DNA from: an uncultured Chloroflexia bacterium
GTDB taxonomy: Bacteria; Chloroflexota; Chloroflexia; Thermomicrobiales; UBA6265
Reading direction: 5' to 3'
Assembly: GCA_963724295.1 (NCBI GenBank)
Contig: CAVRUC010000013.1
Span: 448,001-512,000 of the forward strand
Length of the DNA: 64,000 nucleotides
Positions 19,536-29,279 of the stretch are shown one piece after another. The notes beneath the pieces were generated by a model. The model saw only the letters and a program-made list of their open reading frames with translations, searched no databases and was not told where the DNA came from. Position 1 is the first letter of the stretch; every line of letters begins with the position of its first letter. A program made the position numbers and the translations under genes.

Positions 19536-20417
19536 GTGAGCCAGGCGCACCACGGCACAACCGCAGGGCTCTTGGGGTATCCCGACGACGCGCGGTTGCT
19601 GCTGGTCAACGCCGACGACTTCGGCATGTACGACGCCATCAATGAAGCGGTGATCCGCGCGTTTACGGAGGGGATCGTCCAGTCCACAAGCCTGATGATC
19701 CCCTGTCCCGGCGCTGCCGAGGCGCTGCGCCTCCTCAAGGAGCACCCGGATCTCCCCTTCGGCGTCCACCTCTCGGTCGTTCGAGACATCGCGCACTACC
19801 GCTGGGGCCCGCTCGCCCCCAGGGAGCGCGTGCCGTCGTTGCTCGCCGAAAACGGCGACCTGTTCCTCGATGACCGGATGCCCGAACTGCTGGCACGGGC
19901 AAAGGTCGAGGAGCTGGAAGCCGAGTTCCGGGCGCAAGTCGAAACGGTGCTCGCCGCCGGCCTCCGGCCCAGCCACCTCGATTGGCACTGCCTGGGTGCC
20001 CAAGACTGGGTCAACGGGGGGCGGGCAGACGTGTTCGAATTGACCCTCGGGCTGGCCAGGGAGTACGGACTGGCGCTTCGGGTCGACGCCCAGCCGTTCA
20101 TCAACCGGCTCCAACGCCGTGGCTTGCCCACCGCCGACCACGACCTTCTGGACAGCTTCACGCTAGACGTTGAGGGGAAGTCGACCCGGTACGCCGCGCT
20201 GCTTCGGGCGCTACCCGCGGGCCTTACCGAATGGGCGGTCCACCCGGGCCTCGGCAGCGCCGACGCGCAGGCTATTGACCCCGACGGCTGGCGGGTGCGG
20301 CAGACCGACCTTGAGTTCTTGACCTCGCCGCGGGCGCGGGAGATCGTCCAGGAGGAGGGTATCGTCCTCATCAGTTACGAGCCGCTACAAGCGGTGTGGC
20401 AAAGCCGATCCCCATAG
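19536..20417 (+). CDS. YdjC/ChbG-family carbohydrate deacetylase
   Basis: VNADDFG, STSLM, GVHL, PSHLDWH and VHPG; RBS GGAGGAG before the GTG at 19536. Confidence 0.88.
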   Translation: MSQAHHGTTAGLLGYPDDARLLLVNADDFGMYDAINEAVIRAFTEGIVQSTSLMIPCPGAAEALRLLKEHPDLPFGVHLSVVRDIAHYRWGPLAPRERVPSLLAENGDLFLDDRMPELLARAKVEELEAEFRAQVETVLAAGLRPSHLDWHCLGAQDWVNGGRADVFELTLGLAREYGLALRVDAQPFINRLQRRGLPTADHDLLDSFTLDVEGKSTRYAALLRALPAGLTEWAVHPGLGSADAQAIDPDGWRVRQTDLEFLTSPRAREIVQEEGIVLISYEPLQAVWQSRSP

Positions 20418-20705
20418 CCGCCGCTAGTCCGCTTTCGCGCGGGCCGGCCACCGGGATGGCAGCCGATCACGCCAGCCAAGGTGCCGAGGCGACGGCCGCC
20501 CCGGGCTTCCTCGCGCCGGGACCCTTCGAGACCACGAGAGGCTTCATTTCACACTGGAGTCTCGCTCAATTCCTGGCATCGGAACCGGTGTCCGCACGTG
20601 TTCGCACTCTCAGCCGGCTTTTTTCAACAGCCTGGGGCGTTATCGGAACCGACCAGTACGATGTTTGCGGACAGCACGCATTATCCCGCGTGCCCCGACC
20701 TTAAT

Positions 20706-20733
20706 TTGACATATTCGTTCTCGCCTCTATAAT
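20706..20733 (+). promoter_or_regulatory. Consensus sigma70-type promoter
   Basis: TTGACA (20706-20711), 16-bp spacer, TATAAT (20728-20733), preceded by AT-rich sequence. Confidence 0.85.
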
Positions 20734-20741
20734 GGTCACAC

Positions 20742-20861
20742 CTCAGACAGTGACCCATCCGGCGCACTGCTGCTCTTGATCGCCTGCGCCGCGATGACGG
20801 ACCTCGCGCCTCCGGCCTGAGCCGTTCCGACGGCATGCCGGGGGGCGCAGACGCCCCCCGG
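20742..20861 (+). ncRNA. Candidate structured small RNA, copy 1 (core 20742-20821 plus 3' hairpin)
   Basis: Starts 8 nt after TATAAT. Closing stem CTCAG/CTGAG, inner stem CATC-CGGCGCA / TGCGCCG-c-GATG, 3' hairpin CCGGGGGGCG-CAGA-CGCCCCCCGG. Homologous to 32173 and 35789. Confidence 0.6.
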
Positions 20862-20985
20862 TCAATACCAGCACCATGCTTGATCCCGCACCCAGGTGGG
20901 ATTCCCCCTGTGTGGCCGCCTGTTGGGGAGCGACTGCATCCCACCGGACCATCCTCGGTCCGGCAGTTGCTCGCCCGGAGGCACC

Positions 20986-21390
20986 ATGCTATCTCATCCT
21001 GCCGTCAACGGAGCCCGTCCCCGCATCCTGGCCATCACCGACGACCCGAGCATCCGCGCCCTGTTCCAGGCCCTCCAGCAGGTGGAGGGCTACCACATCT
21101 CCATCCGCGTCTACGTCGATCACGACCTGACCGCGATCACGACCCTCCCGCCGAACGTGATCATCCTGGATTGCGTGGGGAGCCTCGAGGACGCCCCCTG
21201 GAGACTGCTGCTGGTATTGCGCGGGGATTCGGCCACCAAGGCGATTCCGCTCATCCTCTGCACCGGATCCGTGCGCGAGGTCGAGCTGCTGCCGCCGCAC
21301 CTCACGGTGATGGGCATCAGCGTGGTCATCAAGCCGTTCACCATCGACCAGTTGTGCGAGGCCATCCAAGAACGCCTCATCGCTGCGTGA
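20986..21390 (+). CDS. Stand-alone response regulator receiver domain
   Basis: ILAITDD, IILD phosphoacceptor, IPLILCTG and KPF; RBS GGAGG. Confidence 0.8.
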   Translation: MLSHPAVNGARPRILAITDDPSIRALFQALQQVEGYHISIRVYVDHDLTAITTLPPNVIILDCVGSLEDAPWRLLLVLRGDSATKAIPLILCTGSVREVELLPPHLTVMGISVVIKPFTIDQLCEAIQERLIAA

Positions 21391-21571
21391 GACCTGCGGC
21401 AGTTGGCGGCGGCGGCTCACGACGGAGAGGCTGCTCGCGAAAAGGATGACCTATTCTTCGCGGATAATGGATCTGTGTCCGCTGAATGTGACCGATCCAG
21501 CCTCAGCGTGGGTCAGCAAAACAAGGCTACCGAGCGGTCCGCGCTGGCCGCGGCGGAGAACCGAGTGCGTC

Positions 21572-24268
21572 TCACAGCACACCCAGGTAGCGGCCTTGGT
21601 CGACGGCCTGGGTACGGTTGCCGACACCCAGCTTGCCCATGATGTTGCTGAGGTGGGTCTTGACCGTCTTCTCGCTGATAAAGAGGTGCTGCCCGATGCC
21701 GCGGTTGGACAGCCCCTCGGCCACCAGCCGCAAGACCTCGATCTCCCGCTCGCTCAGCGCATCCGGCATGTCCGACGGTCCCAGCGGGGCGGCCACCGCC
21801 GCCTGGGTGATCTCGGCCATGATGCTCTTGACATAGTCGCGATGGCTGATGCGCGCCGAGGCGTGACGCAGCAGGGGAGTCAACCGCTCCTCCTCGGCCA
21901 CGAAGGTGCGCAGGTAGCCGCCCTTGCTGCCCAGCTCGAGGGCGCTGTGCAACGCCGTGAAGGCGTCGTTGGCCTGGTCGCACGCCTTGTGGGCCAGCGC
22001 CGTCAAGAGCAGAATCTCCACCCGATCGCCCTGCCGGCCGTTCGCGATGGCGAGCGCGTCGATGCGCTGCAGGATCGCCAGCGCCAGCTCCGGCCGGTGC
22101 TGCTGCAGCAGCAGCCGCACGTAGGTCAGGTGCTCGAGGTGGCGCTCGTACTCCGGCGGCATGTACGGATCCAGCTCGCAGCTGTCGGCCCAGCGCTCGG
22201 CCAACGCCAGCCGGTTGGAGCTCAGCCAGAAGCGGGCTTGCTGGGCACTGATGGTTCTCACGAATTGCAGCGCACCGAGTTGATTGGCGAAGCCAATGGC
22301 CCGCTCGATCTCGTCGAGGGCCGCCTCCCGCTCCCCTTGCGCCCAGGCCACACGGGCCAGGGCTGCGCGGACCAGACCCCGTACGTGGAGCTCTTGCATC
22401 ATCTCGCCCTGTTCATCCGCCCGCTCGAGCGCACGTCGGGCGTCGTCCAGCAAGCCCCACTCCAAGTAGATACAGCCAAGCACGTGCAGCGCCGTTTGAC
22501 ACCAGAGGTCCACAGCCCGGTCGCCAACAGACTGGATCACCTGCCGGCAGAGCAGTGAGGCTTCCAGCAGCCTCCCTCGCTGCATCAAGGCAGTCGCGGA
22601 ATACACCATTTCGAACGGTCGCAGCCAGGTGCGACCCGACGTATCGATCAACACCCTCGCCTCCGAGAATAAGTCTTCGGCGGCGACCGACTCCCCATGA
22701 TGGAGGTGGGCAACCCCTTGCGTCATCAAGGCGAAGATGCGCTCAGCCGGTCGACTCACCGGGAGGACTTCCAGGGCCCGTTGCGCGTACTCGATCGTCT
22801 GGTGCTTGGTCGCAGCCACGAACGAGTGGACCGCATGCCAGAGCAGGACCAATCCTTCGCCTGTGCGATCCCCGGTCACCGCCCAGGCTTCCTCCGCGAT
22901 GCGCAGCGCGGCACTGCCCTCGGCCCAGTGACCCGTGCGTCCGTGCGCCCAGGCGAGCCAGAAAGCCAGTCGCGGCGAGGTCGCCAGGACATGTGTCGGA
23001 ATCCCCTGCAGCCAGGTGCGCAGGGTCGCTATGTGATCGCGCTCGAAGAGCCCGGCGCAGACCTCCTCGAGCAACTTGACGGTGCGCTCCCAGTCGCGCC
23101 CGGCGGTCGCATGGCGAATGGCATCCTCGAAAAAGCCATTCGCCTCCAGCCAGACCGCGGCACGCTGGTGAAGCTCGGCGATCTCCTCGTCGGTGGCGGT
23201 CTGGCTCAGCCGCTCGCGCAGGGCGTCGGCGAAGAGCGGGTGATAGCGATACCACGCGCCCTGTCCGGCCAAGGGCAGGATGAACAGGTTGTCGCGTTCG
23301 CAGCGACGCAGCATCTCATCGCCGGTGCCGGTCTCGGTGACGGCGTCACACAAGGCGGCGTTGAACCGGTCCAGGACCGCGGTGCGCAGGAGAAATGCGC
23401 GCACATCCTCCGGTTGGCGCTCGAGAACTTCTTCCCACAAGTATTGGTGGCCCAGGTCTGCGTTACCACCGAACTCCTGAATGAACGTGGCTGCTTGCTC
23501 TCGCGTCCGCCCACGCAGCGCCGAGCCAACCAGTTGCAGGCCCGTGACCCACCCCTCGGTCCGCTCGTGAATCACCTCGATCTCGCTGGGGGTCAGGTCC
23601 AGCTCGAGTGAGTCATGGAAGTACTGCCGCGCCTCCTCCGCACTGAACGGCAATTCGTCTTGCGTGATGAGTAAGAGCTCGCCGCTGGTCTGCAGGCGCG
23701 CCAAGCGCAGCGGCGGTGTCGTGCGGCTGATCAGCATCAGTCGCATCGTGGTCGGCACGTGCTCGAGCAACAGGTCGATGGCCCGGTGGATCTCTGGCGC
23801 CTCGATCACATGGTAGTCATCCAGCACCAGGGCGAACGACCGCGTCGTGGTCGAAAGATCTTCGATCAGCCGGCGAACGATGGTCTCGGCACGCGGCTCC
23901 CCGCCTCCGCTGAGCACCTGCGCGGTACCGGCGGCGAGATCCCGGTCGATGAGGTGCAACGCGGCCAGGACGAGGGCGAAAAACGTTGCCGGATCGTTAT
24001 CGCTTGGCTCCAGCCTGACCCATGCCGTCGGCAACGCCAGCTGAGTCACCCATTGCGCGGCCACAGTCGATTTGCCGTAGCCGGCCGGTGCGGTGATGAC
24101 CGTTGATCGACGCTCTGGGTCGTCGCTGAGCTTGGTGATCAGGCTCGACCGTTGCACGAGATTGGCGTGCAGGCGCGGTGGGTAGAGTCTCGTTGACGGC
24201 AGCGGTCGTGGCGGCGTCCGGATGGTCGCGTCCGCCTCGGGACGGAGGACTTCCACAGGCTCGCTCAT
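21572..24268 (-). CDS. MalT-like LuxR-family regulator (STAND ATPase, TPR-like, C-terminal HTH)
   Basis: APAGYGKST Walker A, LVLDDYH Walker [17 protein letters not shown] and LSEREIEVL...SNRGI...TVKTH. Confidence 0.92.
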   Translation of the reverse strand: MSEPVEVLRPEADATIRTPPRPLPSTRLYPPRLHANLVQRSSLITKLSDDPERRSTVITAPAGYGKSTVAAQWVTQLALPTAWVRLEPSDNDPATFFALVLAALHLIDRDLAAGTAQVLSGGGEPRAETIVRRLIEDLSTTTRSFALVLDDYHVIEAPEIHRAIDLLLEHVPTTMRLMLISRTTPPLRLARLQTSGELLLITQDELPFSAEEARQYFHDSLELDLTPSEIEVIHERTEGWVTGLQLVGSALRGRTREQAATFIQEFGGNADLGHQYLWEEVLERQPEDVRAFLLRTAVLDRFNAALCDAVTETGTGDEMLRRCERDNLFILPLAGQGAWYRYHPLFADALRERLSQTATDEEIAELHQRAAVWLEANGFFEDAIRHATAGRDWERTVKLLEEVCAGLFERDHIATLRTWLQGIPTHVLATSPRLAFWLAWAHGRTGHWAEGSAALRIAEEAWAVTGDRTGEGLVLLWHAVHSFVAATKHQTIEYAQRALEVLPVSRPAERIFALMTQGVAHLHHGESVAAEDLFSEARVLIDTSGRTWLRPFEMVYSATALMQRGRLLEASLLCRQVIQSVGDRAVDLWCQTALHVLGCIYLEWGLLDDARRALERADEQGEMMQELHVRGLVRAALARVAWAQGEREAALDEIERAIGFANQLGALQFVRTISAQQARFWLSSNRLALAERWADSCELDPYMPPEYERHLEHLTYVRLLLQQHRPELALAILQRIDALAIANGRQGDRVEILLLTALAHKACDQANDAFTALHSALELGSKGGYLRTFVAEEERLTPLLRHASARISHRDYVKSIMAEITQAAVAAPLGPSDMPDALSEREIEVLRLVAEGLSNRGIGQHLFISEKTVKTHLSNIMGKLGVGNRTQAVDQGRYLGVL

Positions 24269-24822
24269 GGCTCGGCTCCCGTCATCAGCACGCAACTAGG
24301 TGTGCCGTCCAACCAGATGAGAAGGCGAGTCGAACGCTCCATGTTCGATCCGACTGGGCTGCGTGCGACCTGGCCATCGACGCTGCTGAACGGGTGGCGA
24401 CCGGCCGAAGCTATCCTGCTACGGCCCCGACTAGATACGCTCACCTGCGTGCTTGATGGGAAGTGTAGCAAACCTGGCGCGGGGTGCTATCGGAACAAAC
24501 GAAAGCGCCGAAGCTTCAACAGAAGAATCGGCGTGGCCGAAGGCCTGGGTCCCCACATCCGGATCAGGCGGACGGTTGTTGCTCGCGTGGCGGCGAGTGG
24601 GGCTTCCTTATGCGCCGTTCGGCCGATGCCGCTACGACCCGTGGTGCGGCACCATTCCGGCCGTACCTCGAGATGTCCCCGTGGCGCGGCGCACTCGTGT
24701 GCTGCCGCATCCGGCGGGACTCTGGGACACACCGAGCCGCCCGGAGCCCTCCGTCCCGTCGCCGCGCAACGGGCGAGGACGGAGCCGGCGTGCCCACCTG
24801 ATCGTTGCGCGGGAGGACGGCC

Positions 24823-25057
24823 GTGACCTGGTTGGAATGGGCGCTGGGCTTTGTGCTGCTGTCGCTCTACATCACGTGCCTGTTCACGGTCTGCTCGCTG
24901 ACCTTTCAAAAGGGGCGCACCGTGCTGGGCATCGTCGGCATCGTCGCCCCCTGGCTGTGGCTGATCGGCGCCTTCCTTCCCGCCAAGCCGGGGTCGCGCT
25001 ACGCGCTCGCCCAGCAGGCCGCCGGCTCAGCGGCCGGTCGCCCAGCCCGCACTCTGA
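24823..25057 (+). CDS. Small two-TM membrane protein (3' end uncertain, possible frameshift)
   Basis: GGAGG RBS before the GTG at 24823; TWLEWALGFVLLSLYITCLFTVC...KGRTVLGIVGIVAPWLWLIGAFLPAKPGS. As read, the frame runs on into the next gene; a TGA at 25055 lies in the +1 frame. Confidence 0.55.
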
Positions 25058-25171
25058 AGGCGCGACGGCGCCGTGCGTCCGAGGTGGTGTCCGCTGCCGG
25101 TTGCGGGGCGGCGGGGACGGCGTCAAATGCACGCGCGTGGGAGCGAACGGGTAGGGGACACGATTCCCACC

Positions 25172-26254
25172 ATGCCGGCGTCGGGCGGTCGGCGCGCCGA
25201 CTCGCATGGGGCGCGGGCCGCGGTCATGTGGGCGCTGGTAACGATCGGCCTGCTAGCCGGCGCGGCGCAAATCGACCCATCACCGGCGGCGGCTCAAGAC
25301 ACGACGCCGGTCGCCTCGCCTCCCGCCAGCACCGGGCCGACCCCGACCGACGCACCCGGGCCGCTGCAGGTGACAGTGGGGCTCTACCTGGTCGAGATCC
25401 ACGGGCTCGATCAGGAGGAAAGCACCTACCACGCCGACTTTTACCTGTGGATGCGCTGGCGCGGTGAACCCGACCCGACGCCGACGATCGAGCTCTTCAA
25501 CAACGTCCAGCGGTGGTCGCTGACGATGCGGCAGATCTTTCCCGAACCGGTTGCGTTGCCCAGCGGCGAGCGGCTGCAGCAGTTCCATGTCGAGGGAGCG
25601 TTTTTCGAGCCGCTCGTCCTAACGGACTACCCACTCGACAAGCACGCGTTGACCGTCAAGATCGAGGACTCGACGTGGACCCGCGACCAATTGGTCTACG
25701 TCCCGGACACCGAGCAGTCCAACATCAGTCCCGAGGTCCGCCTCCCCGGCTGGTCCATCACCGGCTGGGACCTGGCCGAGCACGGGTTCCTGTACGAGAC
25801 GGACTACGGCGACAACAGCGCGGCCGCGCCGGAGTTCTCGCGGTTCGAATTCGCCCTGCGGATCGAGCGGCCGGAGAGCTTTTTCCGCTGGAAGCTGCTG
25901 CTGCCGCTGCTGATCGTGCTCGTCCTCGGCTGCAGCGTGCTGGTCGTCCACCCGACCTACGCCGAGGTGCGGCTGGCCGGGCCGGCGACGGCGCTGCTGA
26001 CGCTGGTCTTCCTGCAGCAGGGCTACTCGGAGACGCTCCCCGAAACCGGCGGCCTGGTCCTGCTCGACAGGATCTACGTCCTGGCGTACGCCGTCGTGCT
26101 CGGCCTGATCGGGGTGACGATCCTCACCTCCCACTGGATGCGGGAGGGGGCGGAGCAGGCGATCCGCGCCCAGCGGCTCGACCGCATGGCGGCGGTCGGC
26201 CTGTTCGTGATGTTCTTGGTAGGCACGGTCATCCTGCTGATCCCCGTGCCGTGA
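25172..26254 (+). CDS. Prokaryotic pentameric ligand-gated ion channel (GLIC/ELIC-like) homologue
   Basis: Signal peptide; beta-sandwich ECD with P..V.VGLYL, Y.ADFYLWMRW and Pro-loop LTDYPLD; GW; pre-M1 Arg (IERP); M1 Pro (LLLP); M2-M3 loop LPETG.L.LLD; four TM helices. Start codon uncertain. Confidence 0.82.
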   Translation: MPASGGRRADSHGARAAVMWALVTIGLLAGAAQIDPSPAAAQDTTPVASPPASTGPTPTDAPGPLQVTVGLYLVEIHGLDQEESTYHADFYLWMRWRGEPDPTPTIELFNNVQRWSLTMRQIFPEPVALPSGERLQQFHVEGAFFEPLVLTDYPLDKHALTVKIEDSTWTRDQLVYVPDTEQSNISPEVRLPGWSITGWDLAEHGFLYETDYGDNSAAAPEFSRFEFALRIERPESFFRWKLLLPLLIVLVLGCSVLVVHPTYAEVRLAGPATALLTLVFLQQGYSETLPETGGLVLLDRIYVLAYAVVLGLIGVTILTSHWMREGAEQAIRAQRLDRMAAVGLFVMFLVGTVILLIPVP

Positions 26255-26570
26255 CACCGGAGCTCGCCTGTGCCACGTTATCGCTACCCCTTTGAGAGGT
26301 CTCGAAAACGGACCGCCCGTTGCAGGTTGCGCATAGAGCAGGCAGACGGCCCGCCGAGCGACAGGGCATGGGCTACGACAGAATGCACCGGAGACCGACG
26401 ATGAAGAGCGTTGAAGATGACAGCCCAAGTCTTGTCAAACACGAGCTCGGTTCGAGTGGGTCAGTGCCCACGCAGCACTTCGCGAGCTGGGCGCGGATCG
26501 CGTTTCGGCCGCGGGCAGTGCGGCGTCTCGACTTCCGGACGGACCTGCCTGGCGCCTGGACGGCACTGAG

Positions 26571-26991
26571 ATGAGCGAGGCGCCGAAGGACACACCGGTC
26601 AGGGGCGTAGCGTTCACCGACGTCGGCGGTGATGGCCTGGCAGCCGCGGTCCGACCGGTCACCGCGGAATCCCCTGCGGAGGGTGTCCGGCGGCTCCCGG
26701 GCCTGACGGTCCTGCAGGATCTGATCGAGCTGGAGGATAATTGCCTGGGTCACCAAGGCGCAGGACGGCAAGATGCAGCTCCATCAGGGCGCCAGCTTGA
26801 CCGGGGTCACCGCTGGCGGTACATTCTGGGGCTTCCTCTTCGGCTTGCTTTTCCTCGTGCCGCTCGACGGGATGGCGGTGGGAGCGGATATCCGGAGGAT
26901 GCAAGCGGCGAGGACATCCCTCGGTCTTCTGGGCGACGGCACCCGCATGATGGTCGTCGGCGAGGGCGATCCCGACACTGACACCGAGTGA
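26571..26991 (+). pseudogene. Chimeric relic: SulP N-terminus fused to an internal part of DUF1269
   Basis: MSEAPKD...RRLPGLTVLQ matches the SulP start at 29280 (VTETPKD...RWLPGLKVLQ). CTGATCGAGCTGGAGGA..GCCTGGGTCACCAAGGCGCAGGACGGCAAGATGCAGCTCCATCAGGGC is near-identical to 28799-28867. Frameshifted. Confidence 0.8.
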
Positions 26992-27091
26992 TGCCGGCCT
27001 CGGGCAGCGTAACGAACGACGGTCAGCTTCGGGAGTGGCCAAGCAGTCGGTCGATGACCGTCGACGACGGCAGCACAAGGGGAGGCGTGCA

Positions 27092-27823
27092 ATGACAGTC
27101 AGCTCCGTGCTGGGAAACGCGCGAACACCGCGGTGGCTGGCGTGCCTCCTCGTGGTGGCCCTCGTCGCCATCGGGATACCCACGCCATCATCGGCGGCCG
27201 ACGAGGCGCAGGCGCTGCTTGCGGCATCGGCCACGGCGATGGGGACCCTCCAGTCGTTCCACTTCGTCATCACGATCCAGAACGGGGAACTCATCATCCT
27301 CGACCGTCTGCAAGTGACGCGCGTGGAAGGAGACGTCGAGCAACCACACACCCTCCAGGTTTCGGTCAACGGCAAAGTTAAGGTGCTGCCGGTGAGCGCG
27401 AACGTGATCATCATCGGCGACGAGGTGTGGGCAGCCGTCTCGCCCAGGGAAGATAACTACGCCAAGATTGAACCGGATCGGGTGGAGAAACTCCAGTTGG
27501 AGACCGCGTTCGATCCGACGACCGTGCTGCTCAAGGCCATCGAGTACGTCGACACTCCGGTCATTACCGGAACCGAAGACCTCAATGGCGTGCCGACGAC
27601 CGTCGTCGAGGGCACGGTCGACTTGGTCAAAGCCACCTCCGGCACGCCGACGGCCGGTCTGGCGCCGCAGCCGGTGCAGGTCAAGATCTGGGTGGACAAC
27701 GCGAATCTCGTCCAGCGCCTGCAGACGATCGGCCCGCTGTTAGCGGGGCAACCTGAAGGCATCGTGCATCAACTCGATCTCTCCAAGTTCAACGAACCGG
27801 TCCACATCGTCGCCCCGTCCTAA
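27092..27823 (+). CDS. LppX/LprAFG-like (LolA-fold) exported protein
   Basis: Signal peptide; LL..SA.AM..LQSFHF, VEGDVEQP, GTEDLNGVPTT, VKIWVD and LSKFNEPVHIVAP. Confidence 0.72.
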   Translation: MTVSSVLGNARTPRWLACLLVVALVAIGIPTPSSAADEAQALLAASATAMGTLQSFHFVITIQNGELIILDRLQVTRVEGDVEQPHTLQVSVNGKVKVLPVSANVIIIGDEVWAAVSPREDNYAKIEPDRVEKLQLETAFDPTTVLLKAIEYVDTPVITGTEDLNGVPTTVVEGTVDLVKATSGTPTAGLAPQPVQVKIWVDNANLVQRLQTIGPLLAGQPEGIVHQLDLSKFNEPVHIVAPS

Positions 27824-28079
27824 GCGCGTCGTTTGTGTGCTGCCAGAACGGCGCCGCATCGCGCCAGCCACCGGGGAGCCGCGCCCGGACCGGTGCCGTG
27901 AGGTCTTGGTTTGGCCACCCGTGCCCATGAGCAGCCGGGCCACTGCCGACGGATGAAAAGCTCAACTTCTCACACGGTCAAGCAGGCTCGTTCTAGAGCA
28001 CGCTCTCGGCTCGACATTTGCCATTTAGGGAGAGGGATAGGAGGGTCAGCTCGGCGCCACTCTGCCAGGACGAGCGAGG

Positions 28080-28370
28080 ATGCCGCCCCTTCCCGCCCCG
28101 ATGCGAACCGTCGTTCGCGCCCGCGCGGCGCTCTTCTCCGCCCGTCTCTGGAGCCACGCGCAGGTGCTGGTGATGGGGACGACGCTGGCCCCGGCGCAGC
28201 GCACCGTTGCCGCGACTGTACGCCTGACCAGCTTGGCCCAAATGCGGCAGGTGCACCGCTCTCACTGCGTGCTCAGCCGCGTTGTAAGGTCCCAGTGCCC
28301 CGTCGGCCGCGTGCGTTTCGGGTTGCTGGTCACCGCCTTTGCGCCGACCGGGCCGCTAGGGTGGTCTCGA
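28080..28370 (+). mobile_element. Degenerate IS701-like (DDE) transposase 5' remnant
   Basis: MPPLP..M......AALFSARLWSHAQVLVMGTTLAPAQRTVAA.VR...L.....HR.H.VLSR...GLLVTAFAPTGPL resembles the N-terminus of this transposase group; truncated before the catalytic core. Confidence 0.68.
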
Positions 28371-28711
28371 TGGCCCACGCATTGGCCGTCGATCCGAGCC
28401 AATTCGTCAGCTGCGAGAAGAATGGCCTGACAATGTAGACAGTGGCCGAGGCGGCGCCCCAGTCTCGGCACCCTCTCGAGGGCCAAGCGCGGCGTAAGGC
28501 GAATACGCCATTCGGCGGTGTCCACTACGACCTGCTCGTTGCCAAAATGGTGCCCTCCAATTGACCCGATCGCAATCGTCAGGGTCTGGGTCGTCATGTG
28601 CTGGGTGAACGGCGCTTTCCCCCGCACGGACCACGCCGGTTGTGGAAACGAGGAGGCGATCGCCTCTGGGCGGCCGCTCGTCGGCACAGTGCCCGAAAGG
28701 AGTTGGATGTC

Positions 28712-29275
28712 ATGAGCACCCTGGCCGTCATCGCGTATCCCGATCAGGGCTCGGCCGGGGAGGCCGCAGCGGCACTCAATCAGAGGCAGACGGAGTTCCT
28801 GATCGAGCTGGAGGACGTCGCCTGGGTCACCAAGGCGCAGGACGGCAAGATGCAGCTCCATCAGGGCACGTATCTGGCCGGCGCCGACGCCGCGACGGGG
28901 ACAATGTGGGATTTCCTGTTCGGCTTGCTCTTCCTCGTGCCCATCTTTGGGACGGCCAGCGGCGCCGGCGCCGGAAAGCTCAGCGACTACGGCATCGACG
29001 AGACGTGGATCCATCAGGCGGCAGGCGCGATCCCGTTTGGTGGATCTGCACTCTTTGTCATGGCCCGCAACAGCAATGCGGTGCGGGCGGTGCCGGAGAT
29101 GGCCAAGTTCGACGGCAGGATGTTCCGGAGATTCCTCACGTCAAGGCAGCAGCAGGCACTTGAAAACGCGGCTCGGCCGATCGGGCAAATCGGGACCGCC
29201 GCACCCACGCAAGGGGTGATCCAGCTGTTCCGGTCGGACCGACCGACGCACCTTGCCAACGACGCCATGCGATGA
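28712..29275 (+). CDS. DUF1269 family membrane protein
   Basis: MSTLAVIAYPD, LIELEDVAWV...DGKMQLHQ, G..W..LFGLLFLVP, LSDYGID and GSALFV; RBS AAGGAG. Confidence 0.85.
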   Translation: MSTLAVIAYPDQGSAGEAAAALNQRQTEFLIELEDVAWVTKAQDGKMQLHQGTYLAGADAATGTMWDFLFGLLFLVPIFGTASGAGAGKLSDYGIDETWIHQAAGAIPFGGSALFVMARNSNAVRAVPEMAKFDGRMFRRFLTSRQQQALENAARPIGQIGTAAPTQGVIQLFRSDRPTHLANDAMR

Positions 29276-29279
29276 CTCG

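Noticed and set aside
24300..24800. ORFs between the MalT-like gene and the small membrane protein
   Set aside because: No recognisable motifs or RBS; probably a regulatory or decayed region
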